A DNA stretch of 18,283 bases from an uncultured Bacteriovoracaceae bacterium (GCA_964012805.1 CAXGUD010000062.1:1-18283); one strand, 5' to 3'. Positions 1 to 8,651 are shown, counted from the stretch's first letter. Notes: a model not told the origin generated them from the letters alone. A program made the numbers and translations.

Positions 1-132
<132 letters not shown>

Positions 133-165
133 AAAAATACTCCCAAGGAGCCTCACCTAAGTCTA

Positions 166-1551
166 GTGTTAGTAGAAGACTCTGACGAAGAGGACTTGAT
201 AAAAGAAAGCAGTAATAAAGAAGATTTTAATGATTCAAGCGAAGACAGAATTGAAGAAGAGGAGGAGGCTTTGGCTGAAAAGGATGATAACTCTGAAGAA
301 CCTCAAGACGGAGTCCCTCTAGATGAAATGGAGCTTGAAACCACAGATGACACTGATATTGATTTAGATAAGAGCGGATCAATTGAAGAACCTGATAAAG
401 ATGATGGTGATGATGGAGTTCTTCAATTTGAAGGAGTAGAGGCAGATCATAATTCTATAAATTTAGGTGAAGGTCATGATGGTCTTGAACTAAGTAATGA
501 AGAAGGTAATAACGTTGAGCCTTTGTATCCCGAATCTGATGAGGATGCTGCTTTCCCTGAAGGCGAAGACTCTGCATTTCCAGATCTTGAACAAAGCCTT
601 TCATTATCTTTAAATGCAGAGCACCTAGAAAACACAGAAAACTCAGACGGCATATCAGATGATTTAGGAGATTCGACTGACCCTATGTTAGATGAAAGAC
701 TGGGTGAAGATATAAGTACCTTAAGTGAGCTGGAAGACTTAGGAGAACTGGAAGACTTAGGTGAATTTGAGGACTTGAGTGAATTGGATGATGAAGAAGA
801 GCTTGATGATGGTGGAACATTAAAATTAGATGGAGGCGTTTCCTTAAATAAGGCACCTGCATCGGTTGATAGGACAACGCCTGCGGATGGTGCTTTACCG
901 TCTCGAAACTTAGAATTAAATGAAGGGCGGGTCACCCAAAAAGAAGCTTTTTCTGATTTTGATTCGGATCAATTGACTCGTTTTAAAGTAATCGTACAAG
1001 AGTTGCGTATTGAAAGAGATACATTGCTCGAGACAATTAATTCTCTCGAAAGTGAAAGTGAAGGCCTAAAGCAAAAAAATAGGGGACAAAGTGCAGAGAT
1101 TGAGGAACTAAAAATAGAGCTTGAAGTTATGAAGCAAAGGCACTACAAGGAGAGTGAAGGTCTTAAAGAGAGGCTTTCTTTAGCAGAAAGAAAAAATTCC
1201 GTGCTTGAGGAGAAATATAAGCATTATAAAGCTCAACTTGATGAAGTAAATCAAAAATTCAGGGTAAATTTTTCGCAAGTTAGAAAGAGAGAGCAAGAGT
1301 TAGAAAGTCGTTTAGAGCTTGTATCTATGGACTCTGCATCTCAACTTAAAACTCGTGATGAAAAAATTATGGATTTGAAGAGAAAGATAGATTCTTTAGA
1401 GTTTAATATGGAGACTTTAGAGTCCTCAGAACAAAGGTCTAAGTCTGAAACAAAAAAACTTGAGCGCAAGCTTTCTCATGTTATGGAAACATTGAAAAGC
1501 TCCCTAAATCAATTTAAAGAAGATGAAGACTCTCTTTCTGACTCAGATTAG
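166..1551 (+). CDS. Acidic, probably disordered N-terminal region plus C-terminal coiled coil (~190 aa); probable scaffold protein, likely 5'-partial
   Basis: 461-aa ORF with an Asp/Glu-rich first ~270 aa followed by heptad-rich sequence (e.g. VRKREQELESRLELVSMD...LKRKIDSLEFNME). The frame is open back to position 58 through the GAA tract. The nearest SD-like AAGGAG (145-150) is 15 nt from the GTG, so the start is uncertain. Confidence 0.85.
   Translation: MLVEDSDEEDLIKESSNKEDFNDSSEDRIEEEEEALAEKDDNSEEPQDGVPLDEMELETTDDTDIDLDKSGSIEEPDKDDGDDGVLQFEGVEADHNSINLGEGHDGLELSNEEGNNVEPLYPESDEDAAFPEGEDSAFPDLEQSLSLSLNAEHLENTENSDGISDDLGDSTDPMLDERLGEDISTLSELEDLGELEDLGEFEDLSELDDEEELDDGGTLKLDGGVSLNKAPASVDRTTPADGALPSRNLELNEGRVTQKEAFSDFDSDQLTRFKVIVQELRIERDTLLETINSLESESEGLKQKNRGQSAEIEELKIELEVMKQRHYKESEGLKERLSLAERKNSVLEEKYKHYKAQLDEVNQKFRVNFSQVRKREQELESRLELVSMDSASQLKTRDEKIMDLKRKIDSLEFNMETLESSEQRSKSETKKLERKLSHVMETLKSSLNQFKEDEDSLSDSD
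730..783 (+). repeat. Three imperfect 18-bp tandem repeats encoding LEDLGE-LEDLGE-FEDLSE
   Basis: ctggaagacttaggagaa / ctggaagacttaggtgaa / tttgaggacttgagtgaa. Confidence 0.85.
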
Positions 1552-1604
1552 GTTGCTAAGGTTTTGGATGCTAAAGGAGATAGAAGTTAAAGTCGTGGAG
1601 TAAA

Positions 1605-2621
1605 GTGTTGGACCAGAATCTCTTTTACAAAAATTTAATTACTTTTCTTTCAAGTCTCAATATCGAATGGGGAGTTCCAGAGTTATATAAAAAAATAGAT
1701 TTTTTTCTTCGTGATGAGCTTTCTATTGATCCACTTTCCGTTTTTTCACTTTCCCGACAAAACTTAAATCATAAAGGTCCTAAAGGTTATAAACCTCAGT
1801 TAAGAAGGGTATACAGAAGCTTTGAAAGTTTAAAGATGTTGGAATCTAAGAGTTTTTGTGAATTTATGAACTTCGTTGATTACGATGATTTTTCAAACAG
1901 AAGATGGCTTTTTGAAAGAGGGAAATATAAAACTTACTTTGCTTTCCTATTTGGCGAAAATCACGAGCAGCTCGTCGTAGGTTTTGGGCAATTTGACGAA
2001 GTTTCAGTGCAAAATGAAGAAAACTTAAAGCTTGTCTCCAATTCTTTAGATAAAATTTATGGCAACTTTCAAACTTATGAAAGAGTTGTTGAACAAAATA
2101 CTTTAGTTCACCTTGATGATGTAACGGGGCTATTTAATCAAAGAAAATTAAACAATGATTTGGACAAATGGGTTTGCCGTTATAACTCTTTTGGAGAGAC
2201 TTTTGCTGTTCTTTTCATAGATATAGATCATTTCAAAAACGTAAATGATGGACATGGACACTTGGTAGGGACTCAAATCTTGGCCGAAATTGGGGCTTTG
2301 TTAAAGGAAGTTCTGAGAAAAAATGATCTCATCTATAGGTATGGCGGAGATGAATTTGTCTTAATAATTCCTTATGCTGATAAAGAAACCTCTCAAAAAA
2401 TAGGGGAAAGAATTTTAAAAAAGGTAAAAAATAAGGAATTTGTTTACCCTGGTTCCAACAAAGGTTTTCGCTTGACTGTTTCTATAGGGATTGCGCTTTT
2501 CCCAGAAAATGGAAATAGTCGTCATGAAATATTGGCCCTCGCCGATAAAATGATGTACGCGGCAAAATCATCAGGAAGGGGAACAGTCCGCATGGCCTTA
2601 GATTATTTTGAGCAACAATAA
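1605..2621 (+). CDS. GGDEF-domain dinucleotide cyclase, Hypr/GacA-type (predicted 3',3'-cGAMP-forming), with a GAF-like N-terminal domain
   Basis: Motifs DDVTGLFNQR, FIDIDHFKNVNDGHGHLVGTQIL, RKND I-site five residues before an intact GGDEF, TVSIGIA and ADKMMYAAK. SD GGAG precedes the GTG start. The GGDEF call is firm; the Hypr and GAF calls are inferences from motifs. Confidence 0.93.
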   Translation: MLDQNLFYKNLITFLSSLNIEWGVPELYKKIDFFLRDELSIDPLSVFSLSRQNLNHKGPKGYKPQLRRVYRSFESLKMLESKSFCEFMNFVDYDDFSNRRWLFERGKYKTYFAFLFGENHEQLVVGFGQFDEVSVQNEENLKLVSNSLDKIYGNFQTYERVVEQNTLVHLDDVTGLFNQRKLNNDLDKWVCRYNSFGETFAVLFIDIDHFKNVNDGHGHLVGTQILAEIGALLKEVLRKNDLIYRYGGDEFVLIIPYADKETSQKIGERILKKVKNKEFVYPGSNKGFRLTVSIGIALFPENGNSRHEILALADKMMYAAKSSGRGTVRMALDYFEQQ

Positions 2622-2632
2622 ATTAAAAAAAA

Positions 2633-3718
2633 ATGATTGTTTTAGTTGTAAGTGATTTCCATCTCGGAAAAGGAAAATTCTTCAAAAACGGACAGATTAA
2701 TATTCTGGAGGACTTTTTTGAGGATGACCGGTTTGCTGAATTTACCCAGTACTATAGTTCTGGTAAGAACTATAGTAATAATATTCACCTCATTTTAAAT
2801 GGGGATATCCTAAACCTTATTCAAATTGATATTGAGGGTTGCTTTAGTCATATTATTGATGAAGAAGCAACTATTAAGGCCCTTGAATTAATTTATGCCG
2901 GTCATAAAGGTTTTTTTGAATCTTTGAAATTATTTCTTTCGGCTCCAAATAAAAAATTAACTTATGTCATTGGAAACCACGACATTGGGATGGGGTTTAA
3001 AGGCTCTCAAACAAGATTTAAGGAGCTTGTTGGGAGTGAAAATATTGATTTTTGTTATGATATAAATATCCATGGAATTCATATTGAGCACGGGCACAGG
3101 TTTGAAGTTATAAATACTGTTCCACCAGAAAAAACTTTTATGATGGGGCCAAATAATAAAGAAATATTAAATCTTCCTTGGGGAAGTTTATTTTGTATTT
3201 CCGTATTACCTCAATTAAAAAAAGAACGACCTTTTATTGATAAAGTTAGACCGATGTCATCTTACATTAAGTGGACGCTTATCCATGACTTTGCTTTTTT
3301 TATCAAAATGCTCGTTATTGTCATGAAATATTTTATTAAAACCAACTTCGATACCTACAATAAGCATCTTAGAAACTTTAAGACTAACTTAACAATTTTG
3401 AAACAAGTGACTATATATCCACGTTATGAAAGTAAGGCAAAGAGCATACTGAGAAAACGAAAAGACATTCACACTGTTGTTATGGGTCATACTCACGTTG
3501 CTGAATGGAGGCGTTTCCCTGAAGGGAAATATTATTTTAATACAGGTACATGGAATATGATCCCTTCGATAGATGCTGCACTTCATGCAAATACAGCTAC
3601 ATTGACTTATGTCCTCATCGATGTTCAAACAAAAACGAATACTCCTAGGGAAGCCTCCCTAAATGTTTGGCAGGGAAGCTGGAGGCCCTTTATTGAAGAG
3701 ATTAAGCTGAGCGGTTAA
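2633..3718 (+). CDS. Calcineurin-like metallophosphoesterase (MPP superfamily)
   Basis: All five metal-binding motifs are present: SDFHLG, LNGDI, GNHD, EHGH, GHTH. Starts 11 bp after the GGDEF stop. Confidence 0.92.
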   Translation: MIVLVVSDFHLGKGKFFKNGQINILEDFFEDDRFAEFTQYYSSGKNYSNNIHLILNGDILNLIQIDIEGCFSHIIDEEATIKALELIYAGHKGFFESLKLFLSAPNKKLTYVIGNHDIGMGFKGSQTRFKELVGSENIDFCYDINIHGIHIEHGHRFEVINTVPPEKTFMMGPNNKEILNLPWGSLFCISVLPQLKKERPFIDKVRPMSSYIKWTLIHDFAFFIKMLVIVMKYFIKTNFDTYNKHLRNFKTNLTILKQVTIYPRYESKAKSILRKRKDIHTVVMGHTHVAEWRRFPEGKYYFNTGTWNMIPSIDAALHANTATLTYVLIDVQTKTNTPREASLNVWQGSWRPFIEEIKLSG

Positions 3719-3725
3719 GACTTTC

Positions 3726-4205
3726 TTACTTCTTTGTCGTTTTTTTTGTTGTCTTTGATGTTTTTTTTGTCGTTTTTGAAACTTTTCTTTTTGCTGTTTT
3801 CTTTTTTGTAGCTTTCTTTTTGACTGAACTTGATTTCTTTCTAGTTGTTTTCTTTTTCGTTGATTTTTTATTCTTCGATTTTATCGTAAATTTTTGAATC
3901 TTCTTTTGAAGTTTATCAAGTTCTTTTTTCTGATCTTCTATAAATTTTGTTATCCTCTTAATCTCTTTTTTCAGGGTAGAGTCAAGGACTTTTTCAATAT
4001 GATCTTTCTCTTTGTTAAACTTCTTTTTTAGACTTTCGACATCTTTATCAACTTTCTTATTAAATTGGGATTGTGAGTCTTTAACAAAAGAGCTTAGCGA
4101 TTTTTGTATATCAATGAATTTGTTTTCTTTTAGAGATTTGTAGATATTTTTTTTCAATTTCTTCCAAGTAAGAAGAAGTTTTTTTATTTCACTAGACTGT
4201 GCCAT
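3726..4205 (-). CDS. Lysine-rich protein with a helical/coiled-coil N-terminus and a histone H1-like K/T/S tail
   Basis: 159-aa ORF with a strong SD (AAGGAGAG). The tail reads KKSTKKKTTRKKSSSVKKKATKKKTAKRKVSKTTKKTSKTTKKTTKK. Confidence 0.8.
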   Translation of the reverse strand: MAQSSEIKKLLLTWKKLKKNIYKSLKENKFIDIQKSLSSFVKDSQSQFNKKVDKDVESLKKKFNKEKDHIEKVLDSTLKKEIKRITKFIEDQKKELDKLQKKIQKFTIKSKNKKSTKKKTTRKKSSSVKKKATKKKTAKRKVSKTTKKTSKTTKKTTKK

Positions 4206-4270
4206 GATTCTCTCCTTGAATGGCCTAAATGTATATCATTCTAAAATGTCTAAATAGTTGGGGGGATGGT

Positions 4271-6076
4271 TTACTCCACCCGCTTATGGGATAGTGGAAT
4301 CCTATAACCAAAGCCGAAGCTTTTCGCTTTCAATTTGATTATAGGACAAAATTGAAACCTTTTAAACTCCGATTTTTGATAAAGGTGAAAAATTTTACTC
4401 ACTTCTTTACTGTCATGGCCTAAGTTGACAAGTTCGTTTGGCGACATTCTGTAACTTAGGAGCCCTTCTAAAATAGCATCAAGTCTTTCATAAGGAGGAA
4501 GGCTTTGAGAGTCCTCTTGCCCTTCTCTTAATTCAGCTGTAGGGGGTCTAGAAATAATTTTTTCTGGGATGATATCTTTATATTTCTTATTGATATATCG
4601 AGAAAGTGTGAATACCTCGCTTTTATAAAGGTCGCCAAGAGGACTTATGGCACCAACACTGTCTCCATATAGGGTTGAGTAACCAACAGCTAACTCTGAT
4701 TTGTTAGAAGTATTTAAAACCATTGCATTTGTCTGGTTAGATCTAGCATAGAGAAAGCTTCCTCTTAATCTACTTTGAATATTTTCGTCTGCTAATCCAT
4801 CAAGCTCGGACTGGAATGACTCTCGGAAAGAGTTTCTTACAGTGCTGTGTATAAACTTTATAGGAAGTTGGTGGAGTGGAATGCCGAGGTTTTTACAAAG
4901 CTCGGAAGAGAGCTCCCAACTTAGGTTGGCAGAATAAAATCCTGGCATATATAGAGCTTCAACTTTTTGCCCCTCTTTTAAAAATAGCTTCATGAGGGTT
5001 AAGACAAGGGCCGAGTCTATACCCCCTGAGAGGGCAACAATAAAATTATTGAGTCCACATTTCTCCGAATATTCTTGGATGCCAAACCTGAGCGCCTCAA
5101 GAATTATTTTGCAATCCTCATCATCTAGGGAGCTAAGTTTTGTAGGAGTCGTGGTCTTGTCTAGTTGAGGGTCAAAAAACCACTCCCAAGTGTTAACCTT
5201 ATCTTTGGAAGATATAGATGAATCTTTTTCTTGATCTATCGTGTGGGCCTTGTTTTCTGACTCATTAAAGGCTAGGGTCAGGCAATCATTTTCAAAAATT
5301 TTTCCTTGGCAAAGGACTTCTTGATGGTTTGTTATAAAGCTCCCTCCATCAAATAGAACCTCGTCTTCTCCTCCTACTCTATTACAATAGGCCATAGGAG
5401 CATTTAGTTGTTTTGAAATTTCTTGGGCCCTCATAATTCTTTTCTCTAATTTATTTAAATGAAAAGGACTGGCACTTAAATTAATAATAAGGTCCAAAGA
5501 AATATTTTCCTTTTGGCAGAACTCAGAAGCTTCTTGTATTGGGTCTACTTTGTAAAAATGACTGGGCCACATATCTTCGCAGATAAGAAGTAGAATATTT
5601 TTACCTTGAAAGCTCCATACTTTGAGCTCATTTCCTGGAGCAAAATATTTTCTTTCATCATAGATGTCATAATTAGGTAAGAGGCGTTTTGTATAAATCG
5701 GCTTTATTTTTTGTCCTGGTTTAAGCTCGAAAATAACGTTTTTAATTTGTGTAGGAAGTCCTTGGTCATCGAAACTATAATCGAGACCTCCAATTAATAA
5801 GCAATGTCCTTCGACCTCTTGGGGGCTTTTACCAAAATAGGAGAGTGACAATTCATTTAACTTATTAATGAGCTCTCTATATGAATTGATAAAGCTTTTT
5901 TGGAGGCAAAGGTCCTTGAGAGGGTATCCGGTAAGAAAGTTTTCTGGAAAAAGGTGGAGTATTGCTTCAGACGATTTGTTTTCTGTGTTTTTTTGATTAA
6001 ATAAATTTTCTAGAGATTTTAAAATTCCTTTAAAATCAGCTGTTTGATGATGAGTTTGGTGAATCATTAATTTCAT
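4271..6076 (-). CDS. nadE: Glutamine-dependent NAD(+) synthetase
   Basis: N-terminal nitrilase-family glutaminase with the E-K-C triad (FPEN, KRLLPNYDIYDE, ICEDMW). C-terminal synthetase motifs SGGIDS, ENIQSRLRG, NKSELAVGYSTLYGD, PTAEL and EFKR. Confidence 0.97.
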   Translation of the reverse strand: MKLMIHQTHHQTADFKGILKSLENLFNQKNTENKSSEAILHLFPENFLTGYPLKDLCLQKSFINSYRELINKLNELSLSYFGKSPQEVEGHCLLIGGLDYSFDDQGLPTQIKNVIFELKPGQKIKPIYTKRLLPNYDIYDERKYFAPGNELKVWSFQGKNILLLICEDMWPSHFYKVDPIQEASEFCQKENISLDLIINLSASPFHLNKLEKRIMRAQEISKQLNAPMAYCNRVGGEDEVLFDGGSFITNHQEVLCQGKIFENDCLTLAFNESENKAHTIDQEKDSSISSKDKVNTWEWFFDPQLDKTTTPTKLSSLDDEDCKIILEALRFGIQEYSEKCGLNNFIVALSGGIDSALVLTLMKLFLKEGQKVEALYMPGFYSANLSWELSSELCKNLGIPLHQLPIKFIHSTVRNSFRESFQSELDGLADENIQSRLRGSFLYARSNQTNAMVLNTSNKSELAVGYSTLYGDSVGAISPLGDLYKSEVFTLSRYINKKYKDIIPEKIISRPPTAELREGQEDSQSLPPYERLDAILEGLLSYRMSPNELVNLGHDSKEVSKIFHLYQKSEFKRFQFCPIIKLKAKSFGFGYRIPLSHKRVE

Positions 6077-6184
6077 GAAAGGTCCTTCCCACTAAATGGC
6101 ATATACAATGCCTTTTCTCACTGCTAAAAAACGGCTTTATGGAAATACATATTGCTCCATTAAGATTTAGGGGAAGGAAATATC

Positions 6185-7561
6185 ATGAATGTCGCAAATG
6201 ATAAAAAGGTTTTAATTGTTGGTGCAGGGCTCGCTGGAAGTGATGCAGCTTATTATTTAGCTGAAAAAGGAATCAATGTTGTTTTACTCGAGTCAAAAAA
6301 AATAAATCCTAACCCAGCTCAAAAGTTAAAAACTAGCGCGGAGCTTGTTTGTACGAACTCCTTAAAGTCCACCGTTCCAACAACGGCCCATGGTCTTTTA
6401 AAAAGAGAAATGAAGGCCTTAGGAAGCTTAGTTTTAAAAATAGGTGAGGAAACGAAAGTTCCTGCAGGCGATGCATTAGCAGTTGATAGAGTTTTATTTT
6501 CAAAAAAAATCGAAGAAACCTTAAATTCGCACCCGTTGATTGAGAAAAAAGACTGTGATGTTGATGATCCTATTGAAAGGGCAAAGGAATTTGGCTGTTC
6601 GTATATAATCGTGGCGACTGGACCTCTGACGACTCCAAATATGGAGTCGTGGATCCAAAAATATGTATCTGATGATGATTTTTATTTTTATGACGCAATC
6701 GCCCCTGTTGTGGACGCAGATAGTTTGGATTTTTCTAAGCTTTACTATAAGGATCGTCACAAAGAGTTGCGGGAGGATGATGTTGAAGGAGCTGATTATT
6801 TAAATGCCCCAATGAATAAAGAGCAATATGATGAATTTATTGATGAATTGGCTTCTGCTGAAAAAGTACCTGCTCAGAATTTTGAGGAGTTGAAATATTT
6901 TGAATCATGCCTCCCTATAGATACAATGGCATTAAGGGGAAAAGATACCGCCAGGTTTTCCTGCATGAAGCCTATAGGGCTTGAAGATAAAGAAGGAAAG
7001 CGTCCGTACGCAGTTATCCAATTACGGAGAGAAAACCTTTTGGGCTCTTCATTTAATATGGTTGGTTTCCAAACAAGGTTGACTTACAAAGAACAGTTGA
7101 GAGTTTTTAGAATGATTCCTGGTTTTGAAAATGCCACATTTAATCACTTGGGAAGTATCCACAGGAATTCTTTTTTAAATGCAAGAAAACTTTTAAGTGA
7201 CGACTTAAGTTGCAAAAAGTTGCCAAACCTTTATTTCGCCGGTCAAATTACAGGTGTTGAAGGCTATACAGAAAGTGCTTCAACGGGACTTTATGCCGCA
7301 TGGCAAATTGAGCGAAGAATAAAGGAGCAACAAGTTAAGAAATGGCCTTTAGAAACAGGCCTAGGAGCTTTAGTAAACTATGTCATGACAGTGCCTAAGC
7401 CCTCTCCTTCTAATATCAATTTTGGACTTTTGCCCCCAGTAAAATTAGAAAAAATGAGAGGAAAAAGATCTGAGAAGAAGAAGCTTAAAAAGGAAAAAGC
7501 AGCTCTAAGAGCTGAAGCTGTTTTGAGTGACTTTTTCGCTGAAACAAGCCTTTATAATTAA
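6185..7561 (+). CDS. trmFO: FAD/folate-dependent tRNA (uracil-54-C5)-methyltransferase TrmFO
   Basis: Motifs GAGLAGS, AELVCTNS, VPAGDALAVDR, ATGPLT, FYDAIAP, YFESCLP, HRNSF and GQITGVEGY. Confidence 0.97.
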   Translation: MNVANDKKVLIVGAGLAGSDAAYYLAEKGINVVLLESKKINPNPAQKLKTSAELVCTNSLKSTVPTTAHGLLKREMKALGSLVLKIGEETKVPAGDALAVDRVLFSKKIEETLNSHPLIEKKDCDVDDPIERAKEFGCSYIIVATGPLTTPNMESWIQKYVSDDDFYFYDAIAPVVDADSLDFSKLYYKDRHKELREDDVEGADYLNAPMNKEQYDEFIDELASAEKVPAQNFEELKYFESCLPIDTMALRGKDTARFSCMKPIGLEDKEGKRPYAVIQLRRENLLGSSFNMVGFQTRLTYKEQLRVFRMIPGFENATFNHLGSIHRNSFLNARKLLSDDLSCKKLPNLYFAGQITGVEGYTESASTGLYAAWQIERRIKEQQVKKWPLETGLGALVNYVMTVPKPSPSNINFGLLPPVKLEKMRGKRSEKKKLKKEKAALRAEAVLSDFFAETSLYN

Positions 7562-7569
7562 GGAAGCTG

Positions 7570-7601
7570 TGGTACATTGCTATTGATTTTTAAAATCAAT
7601 A
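7570..7601 (+). promoter_or_regulatory. Candidate extended -10 promoter (TGnTACATT, 7570-7578) followed by a 21-bp palindrome TATTGATTTT-T-AAAATCAATA (7581-7601)
   Basis: The palindrome is directly visible in the trmFO-uxs intergenic region. The promoter and operator roles are inferred from position. Confidence 0.5.
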
Positions 7602-7640
7602 AAGAAAAGAGAATGCTATTGCCAAGATAAGGATAAATCT

Positions 7641-8651
7641 ATGAATTCTTCGCAAAAACTTCCTGAATCCCTTGATGGTGCTACGGTTCTTGTCGCTGGG
7701 GGGGCTGGTTTTATTCCTTCAACTTTGTCTGAGTTTTATTTGAAAATGGGGGCAAAGGTTATTGGAATTGACAATTTTATCACAGGAAGTCGAAGTAACC
7801 TTGAAAAACTTTTTAAATACCCAAAATATGAGTTTCATGAAATGGATATTGTTCAGGGACTTCCAGACTTTTCCAAAGAGAAGATTGACTATATTTTTTC
7901 TCTTGCTTCACCTGCTTCACCGATCGATTTTAAAATAATACCTCTAGAAATAATGAGAGTTAACTCGGAGGGAACGCTGAAGCTTTTGGAGTTAGCAAAG
8001 GAAAAGGGCTCGAGGTTTTTGGAGGCTTCTACTTCAGAAGTTTATGGTGACCCCTTAGTTCACCCACAAGTTGAAACTTATCTAGGTAATGTTAATTGCA
8101 TTGGACCCAGGTCTAGCTATGATGAATCAAAAAGATTTGCTGAGTCTATGACCATGGTTTTTAATCGTTTCAAAGGTCTTGATACAAGAATTATCAGAAT
8201 TTTTAATACTTATGGCCCAGGGATGAGGCCTGATGATGGAAGAGTTATCCCAAACTTTATTAACCAAGCTTTGGAAAACAAGGACATTACGGTTTATGGT
8301 GACGGTACTCAAACCCGCTCTTTTTGTTTTGTAACTGATTTGGTGCGTGCCATCCACCATGTAATGTTTTGTGGAGATTCAACTCCTTATAACTGTGGAA
8401 ATCCAGATGAGTACACGATTAAAGAGTGCGCTGAAGAAATTATTAAAGTTTTAGGAAGTAAGAGCAAATTAGCTTACCGTCCACTTCCTGTTGATGACCC
8501 TAAGAAAAGAAGACCAAATATTTCAAAGCTTCACTCGCTGGCCGGTTTTAAGCCTGAGGTAAGCTTCTCAGAGGGAATAAAGAGGACAGCACTATTTTTT
8601 AAGAGGTTAAAAAAAGAAAGGGTGAATCCAGAAGAAATGAGCGTTTGGTAG
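7641..8651 (+). CDS. uxs: UDP-glucuronate decarboxylase (UDP-xylose synthase)-like extended SDR
   Basis: Motifs LASPASP, ASTSEVYGDP, GNVNCIGPRSSYDESKR (YxxxK), RIFNTYGP, DGRVIPNFINQAL, GDGTQTRSFCFV and DDPKKRRP. The Rossmann loop is atypical (GGAGFIP). Confidence 0.9.
   Translation: MNSSQKLPESLDGATVLVAGGAGFIPSTLSEFYLKMGAKVIGIDNFITGSRSNLEKLFKYPKYEFHEMDIVQGLPDFSKEKIDYIFSLASPASPIDFKIIPLEIMRVNSEGTLKLLELAKEKGSRFLEASTSEVYGDPLVHPQVETYLGNVNCIGPRSSYDESKRFAESMTMVFNRFKGLDTRIIRIFNTYGPGMRPDDGRVIPNFINQALENKDITVYGDGTQTRSFCFVTDLVRAIHHVMFCGDSTPYNCGNPDEYTIKECAEEIIKVLGSKSKLAYRPLPVDDPKKRRPNISKLHSLAGFKPEVSFSEGIKRTALFFKRLKKERVNPEEMSVW

Noticed and set aside
474..935. 153-aa Ser-rich minus-strand ORF, and the nested 683..877 ORF
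   Set aside because: Antisense shadow of the GAA/GAT-rich acidic gene; poly-Ser arises from the complement of Glu/Asp codons.
1605..3718. CBASS-type anti-phage interpretation of the cGAMP synthase plus phosphoesterase
   Set aside because: The cyclase is GGDEF-fold, not a CD-NTase; no Cap effector is adjacent, and the neighbours are housekeeping genes.
2633..3718. Assigning lpxH to the metallophosphoesterase
   Set aside because: It has GNHD rather than the GNRD of E. coli-type LpxH, is longer (361 aa), and has no lipid A gene context. Not excluded, but unsupported.
6143..6159. Second sigma-54-like string TGGAAATACATATTGCT upstream of trmFO
   Set aside because: GG-to-GC spacing is 11 nt rather than the required 10.
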